The notes under the pieces are model-generated. The model was not told the origin of the DNA and did not search any database. It worked only from the letters and a program-made list of their open reading frames with translations. Both the position numbers and the translations under genes were made by a program. This document shows, one piece after another, positions 13,101 through 25,600 of a stretch of DNA of 64,000 bases. Source of the DNA: Bugula neritina (taxonomy: Eukaryota > Animalia > Bryozoa); NCBI GenBank assembly GCA_964035545.1, contig OZ037767.1, positions 20,848,628 through 20,912,627 on the forward strand. The letters run 5' to 3'. The first letter of the stretch is position 1. Every line of letters begins with the position of its first letter.

Positions 13101-14455
13101 AGAACTGCCGCATAGTATGGATGTTTGATACCTGTGACAGGAAATGACATCACCAAATCATGCTATAATATAATACGTGAGAGAACAGTGGTTAAAATTA
13201 GTAAACCAAAAAGTTCTAATTTCGCTTCACGAAATTATTGTGGATGTGTGATATAAAATATTTGCCCCTACTGGGATTCGAACCCATGACCATTACACCA
13301 TGCACAGGGGCTACTAAGTAACCTCAACACTACATGAATTAGAGAAGCAACTTACAAGGATTGAAACTCGTGTGCCGTAGTAATATCAAGAGTATCATAT
13401 CTTTCACCTGGCGCTTGTGCACAAAATTCTAGCTGCAGATCAAGGATTGTAACGTTTAGAGATCGAGGTTGGTTGCTAGAGATCAATGAATAGACATCAC
13501 AGCGACAATATGCATCAGCAGGGTAGGTGAGGTTTTTATCGTAGCCGGGGGTGTGCAACAACATGGCGGCTTCTTCTGTCTCAATCACGAAGTTGGCGCA
13601 CATGTCCAGTGACCGCATAGCTGGGGAGATAATAACATCGAGGTGTAGCGGAATACTACAGACTATATGTATAGTACAATATGGTATGATACAGGGTATA
13701 GTACATTATGATAAATAATATCGTATATAGTAATACAAGGACCAGTTTATAATTCAATACAGCACAAGTACGTGTACTTTAAATAGTATCAGCTGTTTCA
13801 GATTTGTAGCAGAAAAACTCATGCTTATTTGGAGTTGCCTTCCTGTAAAATGCTGCTGTACAGACTTCTCCTTGCCATACTGACATAGCCTAGCAGCTTT
13901 GAAGTACAAATTATTATTTAATGCTTTTTGGTGTCACCAATTACTTTTGCAGGAACTAAAGCATGTTATGTATGCTAGTCACGAAGCTGCATTATGATTG
14001 ATTGCATGGTCTAGTTTTACTATATTATAACATAGGCCTATTATAACAGCTTGAAACCTTCCACATCCTTATATAATAACAAATTATATAATGTAATGTA
14101 TCAGCAATATGAATATTGTTTGCTGAATTGCATACTGATACTTCTATATGACTATATCAATATGTCTATATCCATAAATGATAAATATCTATATAGTAAA
14201 ATTTCTGTTTAATTGCTTAAAACAAATACAAAAATCATTTTTGTATTTCTTGAGGAATGTTTTAGTAGTGTAATTGTAAGAGTTAGACTGAGCATGGTCA
14301 AGTATTAACAGTGTTCACACACTTTTCATAAGTCATAAGTTAAGACAATAAGTAGAACAACTATTACTATGTAAAGCTCCTAGTAATTACTCACCTGATG
14401 TCATATACAGACACAGTGACAGTAAAAAGAGAGCTGTAGTAGAAAAAGACTTCAT
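4132..14455 (-). CDS. Single-pass type I membrane protein (~531 aa): signal peptide, CUB-like domain, Thr-rich stalk, TM helix, Tyr-motif/Pro-rich cytoplasmic tail
   Basis: 9 phase-consistent GT-AG exons: 14395-14455, 13356-13620, 12938-13131, 8795-8944, 7068-7146, 5939-6167, 5443-5549, 4812-4884, 4132-4569. Signal peptide MKSFSTTALFLLSLCLYMTS; CUB-like motifs HTPGYDKNLTYPADAYCRC, ILCGS, LELRTDEAIDGRGV; stalk PTTTTSTTPSTTTT; TM GATIGSIVVLFAIGLAIGVFILI followed by RKK. Candidate polyA signal at 3514-3519. Confidence 0.85.
5321..5425. repeat. 31-bp tandem repeat, ~3.3 copies, next to a splice donor
   Basis: Unit GATACACGTACAGTAACATGTGTAGATACAA. Confidence 0.85.
7205..7958. repeat. 28-bp minisatellite, ~26 copies
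   Basis: Unit TATTAGAGAGTATACTATATAGATAGTA. Confidence 0.95.
8991..9144. repeat. 17-bp minisatellite, ~9 copies
   Basis: Unit CACTGGCCCAGTAAGGG. Confidence 0.9.
9222..9303. repeat. 19-bp tandem repeat, ~4 copies
   Basis: Unit GGGTGGATACTTTAAATAC. Confidence 0.85.
9856..9927. repeat. 11-bp tandem repeat, ~6 copies
   Basis: Unit AAGTCATCTCT. Confidence 0.85.
10200..10350. repeat. G-rich 18-bp minisatellite plus a poly-G run
   Basis: Unit AGATGTAGGGTAGGGGGC. Confidence 0.85.
11430..11820. repeat. Composite ~25-28-bp minisatellite
   Basis: Alternating units CAGACTTACTGCAGATATACACTGCTCATA and CAGATTTGCTGCTGATATACACTGCTCA. Confidence 0.9.
13263..13311 (-). pseudogene. Shortened tRNA-like element (pseudo-tRNA or SINE head), no anticodon arm
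   Basis: Minus strand reads GCCCCTGTGCATGGTGTAATGGTCATGGGTTCGAATCCCAGTAGGGGCA: acceptor-like stem GCCCCT/AGGGGC, A-box-like TGGTGTAATGG, B box GGTTCGAATCC, followed by a T5 run. Confidence 0.55.
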
Positions 14456-16493
14456 TTTAAGATTCTCGTATAAAGGTATGATTGATTTAGTCCATTAAAA
14501 ACTCTAGGAAATCGTTCCGGAGGCTACTTAATTTTCACAACTGGACGGCCACTCTACGCAGTAGGAAATAATCGCTATCGGCTGCAGTCAAAACTATTAG
14601 CAGTGATTTGCTATTAACACATGGTAGGAGGGACACTGAATGCCTACTCAATCACGTGATTAAAGATAAAGAACAAAAGTAAATGTGGTTAATGAATGAA
14701 CTCTACTAGAATAGGTTAATATAGGTCAACAACTTTTCAGAACGTTAGCACTGTGAACATCGCGTTCAACCTTTTTAGCTCTCGACAGCTTCTAAATTTA
14801 GATAAGAGACTGGTCAAAAATATATAGGGTTTGCAGTTGGATTGCAGCTGTAACTGCAGGCATGCATGGTGGAACAAAGTGGTTACAAGAGTTGAACTGT
14901 TGATGTGCACCATGCTGCAAAGATATTCTGATGGATGAATGCACATTCAACCAAATAGTTTACAAAGAGATTCCTTTCTATAATCAAATAGTTGGCAGCT
15001 AGAGCATTTTCATACAATACTTACAAACCAGTTTTTTTTTCAATAATAAAATATGCATGGTATTATACTCAGCTAATCCTGGTTTGTTCCCATGTGTACC
15101 CCTAGCCATACACACTGACACATGACTTTTAAACTGCTTTTAAAGTTCAAGATGAACGTAAACAAGTTGTAGTCTTTTACGTATTGTTGGCTTCTTTATC
15201 ACTTGTCTTATACTTTGACTTTTAGAAATTGTCGGCTCTTGAGATAGAGCAGGGCACCCAGTCAGATATATATTGCAAGGCTTGAAACTCCTAGAGTTAG
15301 TTGCGCTCTTGAGCTGAATGACACACCTTTTAAATATGATTTAATATAAGCAAGTTTCTTCCATTGCAAAGGTGTGGGCCAATGTACTCTGTTCTGTGCT
15401 GACAAAGGAACAAGCCTTGAAACAGCTGTGCATGCACACACATCTGATGTGCCAGAAGCTAAATTCTACGGATGCAGTCAATACAGGTAATATAAATGAA
15501 GTAATGTTTAACCACCTGTAGCTTGAAGCTGAACATTTAATATATAAGATAAGAAAGCAACAATAGAGATCAGTTCATTTAACTGGGAGTTACCTTGTCT
15601 TTGATCTTAATCTTGAAGCACTGATCTGTTAATATTATGCACGTACAGATGTGGAGAAACACTAATAAGTAAAATATACTATTGAAACGCGCTAGAAAAA
15701 AGTAGGAGAGAGTAACTCCAAAAACATAATTTTCTAAATTTTGATATCCATTTACTTGATCAACAACCCCATGGCTACAATAATCAACTAGCAGAGTTTA
15801 AGCGTTTCCTTGTATTTAAATATACTTCCTATAGAAATGTATGAGTTATTAGTAATGCTCTGTGGTTTAGTACAACTTTCAACACATTCGTTTGCCTAAT
15901 AATGCACCAGTTTAGCAGCTAAACTGTTCACTCCCGTCTGGTACAAGCTGAGTAACAAATTTTTGCCCAGCACACGTTATTTTTGCCAGATGTGTACTCT
16001 TATGCCTGTTCCTAGAGTTTTTACAACAAAACCTATACACTGTAATTTATTTACTATATGTAAGTATGCTTATTAAACATATTTCTATTTTTATTTTGCT
16101 ATTCTAATACTTTATTACTAAACAAGATAAATATAGACAGATAACAATCATTAGGTAAGTCAAAAGATATAACTGTGATTAAACTCTTAAAATTTAAGCT
16201 ACAAAACAATAAATGATTATTTTACTATCAACTTTTATTGGAATATGCAATACAATAAAACATTAAAGTATACTATGGTAATAATACGGCATCATTATAA
16301 GAAAGTGGAGACGCCCTGCCATCTCTAGTCTGCATAGTAAGCAGCACAAAGTCATCACAGATGGTGAAACCACAACAACGTATTAACCAATAAATGCTAA
16401 CTTCAGTAAAATAATAATACATGCAATCATAGTCTATATACAAAATGTCCAGTGTTCATTAGTTCCTGACATTACTGTTGACATAAGCACTAG

Positions 16494-16563
16494 CTACTAG
16501 TGTCAGTGTCAACCTACTAGTGTCAGTGCCAATCCACTAGTGTCAGTGTCAATCTACTAGTGT
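16494..16563. repeat. 20-bp tandem repeat in the zinc finger 3' region
   Basis: Unit CTACTAGTGTCAGTGTCAAC. Confidence 0.8.
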
Positions 16564-16661
16564 GAGGTGGTCAACTGGACGGGGCTAAGGTGAAATGTAC
16601 AAAGGGGAGACAACTGACATCGCGCGATTTGGTGAGAATTTATGCTCCAGTTTCGCAGAAC

Positions 16662-19600
16662 TTAGCTAAAAAAGAAAACAGGATGTGACAGCAGTCTAGT
16701 GTCAGAACCAAGTCAACCGAATGTGTTACCCACAACAACAGCACAGGGTGTTGCACCATCATCATGCAGCAAATACATGGCAAATATTTCATCCCATTAA
16801 ATCATGCTATAAATGATTTTAAAAATTAAAAAAACTTGTCTTGTTGCATTTTGTTGATCACAGAACTTAATCTATTACAATATATTATATAAGATAATAT
16901 GCTATAGAATTTACATATAAGTTATAAATAATTTTAGATGTGATCCATATTCAAACAGCAAATGTATAGAATAAAAAAACGCAGCCACGTTATTGGCTGG
17001 TCTTCATAACAAGAAGTAGCCCTGACTGCAGTTATGACATCACAGGAAATGAGTCATCACCTCAAACTAGTACAGCGGGGAACCACCTCGCGACATCATT
17101 TAACATCATACTCAAGGACTTCACAGAAGAAGGATACTTAAAGACAGGAAGAGGAAGTTGGGAGAGTAGAGAAGGGGAGAGATACACACCTGTTGATTGA
17201 CGTTAGCAACTCATCAACTCCGTCGTCGTTGGAGGTGGACTGTATGGGCATCTGACCAACATCTGGCAGGTGAGGGACAGACGGAGGAGTCGTCTCAGGT
17301 GCTGCCTGGCCAGCCGGGTTGGTCACCAAGTCATTCAGGAACACCGTTACTATACCGTCAGCATCAGCCTCCGTCTCTGTTGTGTTGGCAATGATTGGTT
17401 TGGAGGTGCCTTCCTCTACAGACACAGGATATTGTGACATATGTGGTGGTGAAATGCAAGAATACAAGAAACTATGCTAAGAGGACTTTCTCTTTACTGT
17501 CCTTATTTACACTTCTCTGACTCATGAGCAAGCTAGAGAGTAGCTGGTGCTAAACAACATAGAGTTTAGCATACAGGAAGTATATGTTCTGCAATGCAGG
17601 AAGGAGGACAGTTAAAAGACATCACTGGAAAATTATTAATCGCTACATAATACATTTTGGCCCTCCTTTCCCAGTGGCAAAAGACATAACAACATCTAAT
17701 TAAGAGGTAATATTTGTCTCATGATTACAACTCTCAAGAAAATCTAAACAAAAAGACTCGAACTCACCTTCATGGGCCTTGATGTGCAGTTCCATCACCT
17801 TCTGGTAGCTGTTCCTGTAGTCACAGAAGGGACATCTCAGCTTACCCACTTTCTTGGCCAGACCTTCGTGTCGGTTCTGCTTGTGCTTTATCATCTGCTG
17901 GGAGGTGGTGGCGGTAAACGTGCACTGGTCACAGTCTATGCGTAGCGCCATGCCCCCTGTGGTGCCGGGCTTCAGCACACCCCCGGCCTGTAAGACACAC
18001 AGCATCGTTAATTTGTCTTCTCAACCTCTATAGTTTACTCAATATTCAACATCTTACCTGCTACTAAACGATGTATTAGTACTATTACCTATTTCCAATC
18101 TTTCATTTCAAGAAACTCGACTTTGAAAACAAAGTCCTCCAATTAATAAAGCCATAAATTAAAAATTGAGTTGTAAATTAAAAAAATGAAATTTACAATA
18201 AATATTCAAATCTAAATTTTTGTTTGTTTCCAACACAAACCAGATACAAATTTATATCGGTATCTTGATGGTAGAACCTGGTAAGTGAATTAGGTTAGAA
18301 CCCTCCCCGTCTCTGTTGTAAACCCTCCCTGGTAGTTGAGTCTAACCTGAAACTCCAGCCTGGTGTACTCAACCCGGCTAATAAACAGCTTATTACTATT
18401 AATGGCAATCCATATCCCTCGACTCAACAATGTTGTGGCTCTAGAATTCAGACACTTGCCGAGATTTTCAACCAAGGCACAACCCTACTACTCAGTTAGT
18501 ATCTAGCACCTACCTTCTTGGAGTGAACGTTGGACTTCAAATGCTTCACCACAACTGATTTCTCGGCTCCCCTGAAGGGACAGAGAGGACACTTGAAGGG
18601 TTTCTCCCCGGTGTGAGTTCTTTCATGGCGTCTCATCTTGTACGGCTCTCGAGTTCTGTAACCGCACACCTCGCACGTCTTCATCGGAATGTCATCTCGA
18701 GACTCTCTCAGTTTGCGAAGTTTCTCTTTGATCTCTTCAGAAGACATCTGTTTCTTGGGTTTCTTCTTACGAAGTTTACCATCTTTAGTGATCATGTCTG
18801 TCAGCTCCACTTCCTTCTCTCCGACATTCACCACAACAACTGGAAAGGAAAAGCACATTGAGATCCACTGCAGGTAGAAAAAAACTCTGTGTGTTGAGCG
18901 ATTAAACTGAAGTACAAAACTTTCTGATTTACAATATATACAACTTAAATCACAAGCTACCAAATAATAAAAAAGTGGTTCGATGTACATCATCATGTGT
19001 AAGTAATAATGTTTAACTTATTAGAGGTAAGCTACTAGACGTAAGTCACTAAGTGTAAGTTAAAAGGTGTAAGTCACTCCAGTGAGTGACTAGATGCTAC
19101 GTTATATTATAGCAGTAGTTTTTCTAGGAGTAGAGTTGAAGGGCTGAGGTGACCACCTACCTTGGTCTTTGATGACAGCTGGAGTTGTCTGTTCAACAGT
19201 TATGACGGCCATCTGAGGTTTGGCAGCATTTTCCTAGAATAAAACCCGAGCGTACAAGTATAGATAACTCAGAAAAATATAGGAAAAATGAGTTATCTAT
19301 CAGATAATAGCCAGTATAAATACTTAATTTTCATTCAGTTTGTCTGCTATGGAATCTTCTGTTGTACAAAAGCACAGGACAGGAGAGCATAACTCTATCA
19401 CAAGAATAATACTCAAATTGAAATAATACTTTAATTATTCGCTTGTAAATGATTTGGCTCTCCATTATTACAGGTTTGAATTTTCATGCAGCAGGCAAAT
19501 TTATGATGGGCAAACCAAGCAAATACTAGACCTGCTAATGTTACTAAAACAAGTAGAGTACATAACTCCACATAAAAAACTATTTGACAAGCACTTACTT

Positions 19601-19736
19601 TGGCTATCATGATGTTTAGGGCCGCCTTAACCTTCTCAATAGACATGATACTATTGGTGAGGTCTTCAACATTTCTAGAGTTGAGAGCCACGTTGATGAT
19701 AGCTACTTCTTCATCGGTGAGAGTCTCCTCAGACAT
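16662..19736 (-). CDS. C2H2 zinc finger protein with 4 fingers (~328 aa)
   Basis: Exons 19599-19736, 19161-19233, 18514-18839, 17768-17987, 17190-17415 and a probable terminal exon 16662-16665. Fingers CEVC..HERTH, TGEKPF linker, CPLC..HLKSNVH, CDQC..HKQNRH, CPFC..HIKAH. The last exon is uncertain. Candidate polyA signal near 16234-16239. Confidence 0.85.
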
Positions 19737-19956
19737 GTTTGCTACTTCTAGTAATACAAATCATAAGAATACCACCACGTGTTCAAATATTCCTTAAAAC
19801 ATAAACCATTTAGTATAGATCAAAACAGAAATACTAAAGCAAGCTAGAATGTACATTCAATTTTAGATTAGTATAATACCAATAATTCTAATAATAAATA
19901 AATAACCTAATTTTAGTATTTTGTTTCATCCAAGATTTGCTCACGGTTACACTTTT

Positions 19957-19999
19957 GGTCATAATTTGCTGATGTGTACTAAATTAAGTAAAATGACTC
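19957..19999. mobile_element. Solo terminal fragment of the 3059-3445 element family
   Basis: GGTCATAATTTGCTGATGTGTACTAAATTAAGTAAAATGACTC is the near reverse complement of 3059-3101. Confidence 0.55.
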
Positions 20000-20689
20000 T
20001 AATCACATTATCATTCATTATGATGATCATTCACTACATCACTGCACACGCATATTACTTCATTGACTTAGCCACAGTGGATGTGACTAGTCACTAGGGT
20101 TTATCAGTATGAGCATCATTCTGTAGGTGTATGTTTATAAATGTGACAATGAGTAAACACGTTAACAATGTAACATGATCCTCATACTCATTGCAAGCGT
20201 AATGTGAATGTACATTTAATGTAAATTATGTAATTAATCTATTTTGATTGTCATAGTCATAAACCTTCTGATTATTATTTGATTATAAAACTAAAAGTAA
20301 TTCATTGTGATAATTTTTAATTCAACATCAACATAAATATAATAGAAAGTTCTATCGTAATAACGTAAGACTAAGTCATTAGCTTACTGACTTAGTTCTA
20401 CCTTACTTACAGTTACTGAGTAACTCTAACTGTAAGTGCAAGTGGGTTACTGCTGTTTCATACACAAGTTGTTTCGTGTACCGGTCGTTTTGTTCCTAAA
20501 CTGATGTACACAAAATGAATAATGAATTAACCTCAAACTCAGATAATAAATAAATCTGCAGTCCTGCACCCAGTGTTAGTCTGTAACTCATCATCATTGC
20601 AGCTACGTAATGGGTAACCATAATGCCTACGCCAATGGTGATTTAGAGAAAGTTTTAAATATTGTTATCAGATTTAATATTATTTAATG

Positions 20690-21520
20690 ATAATGGCGAG
20701 AAAATTAAAATTTATAATTTATTAAATCAACTTTAACTTAAAGCAAAAATTGATAAAATTGATTATGATCATCATTAGGCATTATGATTATCAACATGAA
20801 ATATGAATATCATTATGATTATGACTCACTCAGTACCATAATTAACAATCATAATGATGGTGATAATCATAATCGTTATCATTTAATGATTTATAATAAA
20901 TGATGATCATAATGATTTCATTATGAATAGCGTAACCATAATCATAATGGCAATGACAATGTGAATGTCAATAGATACTAGATAGACACAGCTGATAGCT
21001 GTACTATAACTATTACTAGTAGTAGTAATACTAATACTAATAGTAGTACTCTAGTACAGCACTAGTAGTAGTACTGACAGTAGTAGTAGTACTAGTAGTA
21101 GTAGTACTTATCATTCAATTTCATCATTGATGATTGATCATTTTGATACTGATAGTCATAGACTATAGTAATAGAGTGATAGTCAAACTCAAAGTCAAAC
21201 CCAAGGCCAATGCCAAACTGATAGTGATAGTGATAATCTTAGTCATACTCACAGTCGTACTCACACTCAGCCATAGTGATAGTAAATTGTATAGTCTGAT
21301 ACTAATAATCATACTCATACTTACTCTTACTCTTAGTATGACTATCACTATCATAGTGACTATGAGTATGAGTATGAGTATCACATTCACTATGAGTATG
21401 ACCATCACTATCACTGATAGTGATAGTCATACTGATACTGATAGTATCAGTGTGACATTGACAATCACAATGATTAGTACTACTACGACTAGTAATAGAA
21501 CAAGTATAACAATAAAAATC
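20690..21520. repeat. Low-complexity tri/hexanucleotide-periodic tract
   Basis: Runs of ATC/ATG/AGT/ATAGTG/ATGAGT. Confidence 0.75.
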
Positions 21521-21639
21521 AACACTGAAAATATAAGGACTAAAGTGAAATAACAAAATATACTAGTGCAGCTTTTAAATTTAACTCAGGCGAAGAAAGT
21601 ACCTAGAAAATGTGAAATGTTGTAGACTAAAATTGAACT

Positions 21640-21765
21640 TACGATTGAGCGCAATGGACAGGGTAAATAAATTTGCTGAGATGACGCGTCACGTAAGAAG
21701 GAGCCTTTTGTTTCCTAAGCTATTGTTGGTCACCCGCCCGATCTCGACACCCCCAACCGGTAGTT
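21640..21765. promoter_or_regulatory. Putative bidirectional promoter for the zinc finger gene (-) and anoctamin (+)
   Basis: Local CpG-rich patch; palindrome TGACGCGTCA (21682-21691); CCCGCCC; outward-facing donors at 21641-21642 (-, GTAAGT) and about 21760 (+, GTAGTT). Confidence 0.45.
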
Positions 21766-22641
21766 ATTCAAGAGAAAACAACTCTTACTAATTAGCAAAA
21801 CCTGCAACTTGATTCTTTTCAAAATTGCAATGATAGTTGAAAAAGATATTCCAGTACAACAATTATTATTATTATTATCGTTGTAAGAATTTTTCACATA
21901 TTATTGAATTTATTTGCAGTTTAAGTAATAATGGCAGTCAAAAACAAATTTTAAGAACACCAAACGTTTATCAAAATACATTATAATTAATATTCCTAAA
22001 AACTGTTTAAAATAGTCTAAAATTCGTGATGGATGCCTGTTGAAGCAGCTATATACAGAAAGCTCAATAAAATAAATAATTAGTATAATATGTATGTCTT
22101 TGTATGCTTTACAGTATTTAGCATCGCCTAGTATTTAACATTATATACTACTTAGTATTTTGTGATGAAAAGCTTAGATTCAATAAATTTACCAGAATAA
22201 AGAAAGGTGGAACAGAAAAATGGATTCTTTAATACAAAGGGCAAAAGGTGTTACATGAATACATTGTTTAAGGTTAATGAATATGAATTATAAGTGATGA
22301 AGCATTTTTATATTAAATGTAGTATTATAATTTTCCCAATACTATGTTTGTTAGAATCAGTGTTTTGCATACTTTCTAATGCTACAACAGTGTTATAGTG
22401 GCATAGGATTCCCTGGTCAGTTCTAAATGTTCATAGATTCAAAATATCCTAGTAGTTATCAAAGACATCTTCATATTGTAATATACTGAGAAAGCAAATG
22501 ACATTGCGGCAATCGTTGTGGTATATCTTTATGCTGTACATAATTGCCATGTCCAATATAATTAGATTTGTAAGAGTAGAGCAAAGATAAAAAGATATTT
22601 TTAATACTGCAGTTTTATTTTACATTAATTTTGTTGAAAAG

Positions 22642-25600
22642 ATGGAGCAATTATCAGTTAAGAAATCTTACGCAAGCAGCTCACAAGTAAGCAAAGGTCC
22701 ATACCAGCAGAGCAGTACTAATAGCTCCACACTTCAAACTTTCTATGGCAGCGCAAATGTGAGTATTTAAACTTTATCACATACAGTCTCTTTTTAGATA
22801 TCAATGGGCCAAATGCATCTCAGCTGCTATTATCTCCACCTGATTATACTTTATCAATACTGTTTCTTCTTGGAAATCATTTTAGTATTTCTATAAAATA
22901 AGAGTTGAATAATTAAACTAACACTAGCAAGGCAAGGTTCAGCTGGTATTACAAATCACATCTAATTCCTGGTTTACTAATTGACAATCCAAGCCAGGAA
23001 ATATAAATACATTTTTGATATTCAATATAGACTAAAAACTATAATCGCTTAATACTCATACTTTCAAAATTTTATGCAATTATTGTAATATGGTTTTACT
23101 AGTATAGGTTGGCATGAACTTGATATATACTTGATATATACTTGGTATGTGCTCGGTATGTACTCAGTATATGCTCACTATTTACTCAAAATGAACTCAT
23201 CTTGTACTCAGTGTGTACTTAATATGTACTTGGTTTGTACTTGAAATATACTTAACATGTACCCACAATTTACTCAACATATGTACTCCGTATGTTTGTG
23301 ATGTGCATTCAGTTAGAAGTTGATGTGTTATAGGCTACTTAATACGCATTTAGTATAATACTGCACTACACCATAATATGGTGCACACCATAGTGAATAC
23401 TTGTAACAGATTAAACGTCTTAATTTAAATTTATAGTTTAAAAACATTTAGCTACTATTTTTCCTACAAAAATGAAAAAGTTTTGTGTGTGAAGATGCTG
23501 AATAAATATTTACAGAACTCTCAGTTGCAACCTGACTCATCGGTGTTTAGACACTTGTCTAAAGACATCCACAACAAAAAGGAGATCAGACAGCTGCATT
23601 TGAAGATTGTGGTAATCTTCTATTATCTTGCTCTGTCTGGAAGCTTTGGAAAATAATAGATGAATTATATTATCAAAAAATATTATATAAATTATGATAT
23701 AAATAGATAATATATAAACTATAATATATTAAGTAAACAATATATAGAATATAGCATACAGATTATTTCATTGTAGATTATATTCTAAATCAAACTAGTT
23801 TACTTTAACTTGATTCATGTTTCTTCTTTACATGATTTACAAAATTGATGATCAAGAAAATAAAAATTCCTAAGCATATTTTGCACTGAAAGTGTTATGG
23901 ATTCTATAAATAGACTGTGTGATATATAGAGAGAACTGCTGGAGCATTCGCTGCACCCCAGAGATGAGATGTTCACAGATATTTCTAGGAGTGACGAGTT
24001 ACTGAGATTGCAGAATGCTACTTACAAGGGACTCTTTTTTGATGATGAGAAACGGAGAATTGGTTAGTGAGTTTTCAAGTTCAAAAATTTTTAAACACTA
24101 ATAATGAACTTCAATCATAGTGTATATTGTAATGTTTATGTAACAGTGAGCACAACTTAGCTCTGTGTACAAAATTAAGTTGGGTCAAGGTGGGTACAAG
24201 CTGGAGGTATTTTTTTCTATGTATGAAATTTTTTAAAAAGCATACTTAGTGTTAGTTAAACATGGACAGCACTAAATAAATTATAGTCGCTGATACTTGA
24301 ACAATATTTAAGAAACAAATGCACAATATAAAGCTTATAGCCAATAGAAATATGCTGTATGCGACCATAGGTACATAAGCTTAGCCTTTGTTTCACTAAC
24401 CTTTTTACCTGACCCTCACATAAAGTATATTATTTATACATGGATACTGCTTTTACAGACTTCATTCTAGTATATGAAGAGAAGACAGACACCAGGCCTG
24501 AGGACGACAGTGAGAAAAAGAAAGCGGTGTTTCGAAAAAAGTTTTTGATGGGATTATTGAGAGCGGGACTTGAGGTGGAGAGGGTAAGTGAGTGGTGGAT
24601 GTACATAACGACAGCATTGGCAAGGGATATGCAACGGCAGCAGGTTCACATGATGATCAACACAAGGCAGCTTGTTGATCATAAATTATAAGTGACTATA
24701 CTGTACTTCCTTTAAGTAATAAAAACTGTATAAGGCATCTACTATACCAGCTTTTATGAAGCTGACTATAGTGTTAACTGTAAATGAGCTCATTCTCGTT
24801 TACTCACAGCAAATTTCAGCTGGAAAAGACATAGAATATACTTGTGTAGAGTAAGGTTGTAGCGTAACGTTGTGTGTAATGTGAAAGTAGCATTTCTCTG
24901 TTATATTGACAGGCATTTCAGCTAGCTCAAGGTTCTCGTATCAACTACATAAAGTTGCACCTCCCCTTCCCCATTTTGTGTGCGTATGCCGAGGACCTGA
25001 ACTTTGCCGTTCCTCTTCAGGTAAATAGTGACCACAGTACGCAACAACATAATATGTGCTAGGTATCTAGGATGGCATCTATAGTATACTACTTTGTGTA
25101 ATGACACTCCAGTCACCTTGAGACATTTTCTGTTCATCACTGTTCTTAGAAAATTGTACTGTTGTAAAGTAAGTACAATCTTAAAGTTCAAAACATATTA
25201 ATAAGCAGAGGTTTCTGAAACTAGTGTACTTTGATTGACTGTTCAGCTTGACAATTAAATAGTTACTTGCGCACGAAGGCAAATAATTTTTACAAAATTT
25301 ATTGTAAATGCTATTCCCTAAGTGATATGTAAAACCTTCTTTTGTTTCTATTGAATCCACAACTTTTTGCCAGCAAAAATTGTTTACAGCAAAAATGTCT
25401 CAGTCCAACTGTGATTTTTTCTTGCATGTCTTTTTTTGTGATGCATCAATTTAAATTTCTACTTTATATCATTTATAAATCTTATAACTTGAAACCTAAT
25501 GATCATAGATACTCTTCCGGTATTTAACTGTCACCATCACAGTGGTGCAGTATGTGCCGTGTTAGTGTGATGTACATGCAATGCTAAAAATTGTGTTGTC

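Noticed and set aside
21134-21556. Hydrophobic ORFs resembling membrane proteins (also 2403-2606 and 52567-52773)
   Set aside because: Products of low-complexity periodic DNA; the last overlaps SNIP1 exon 1 antisense.
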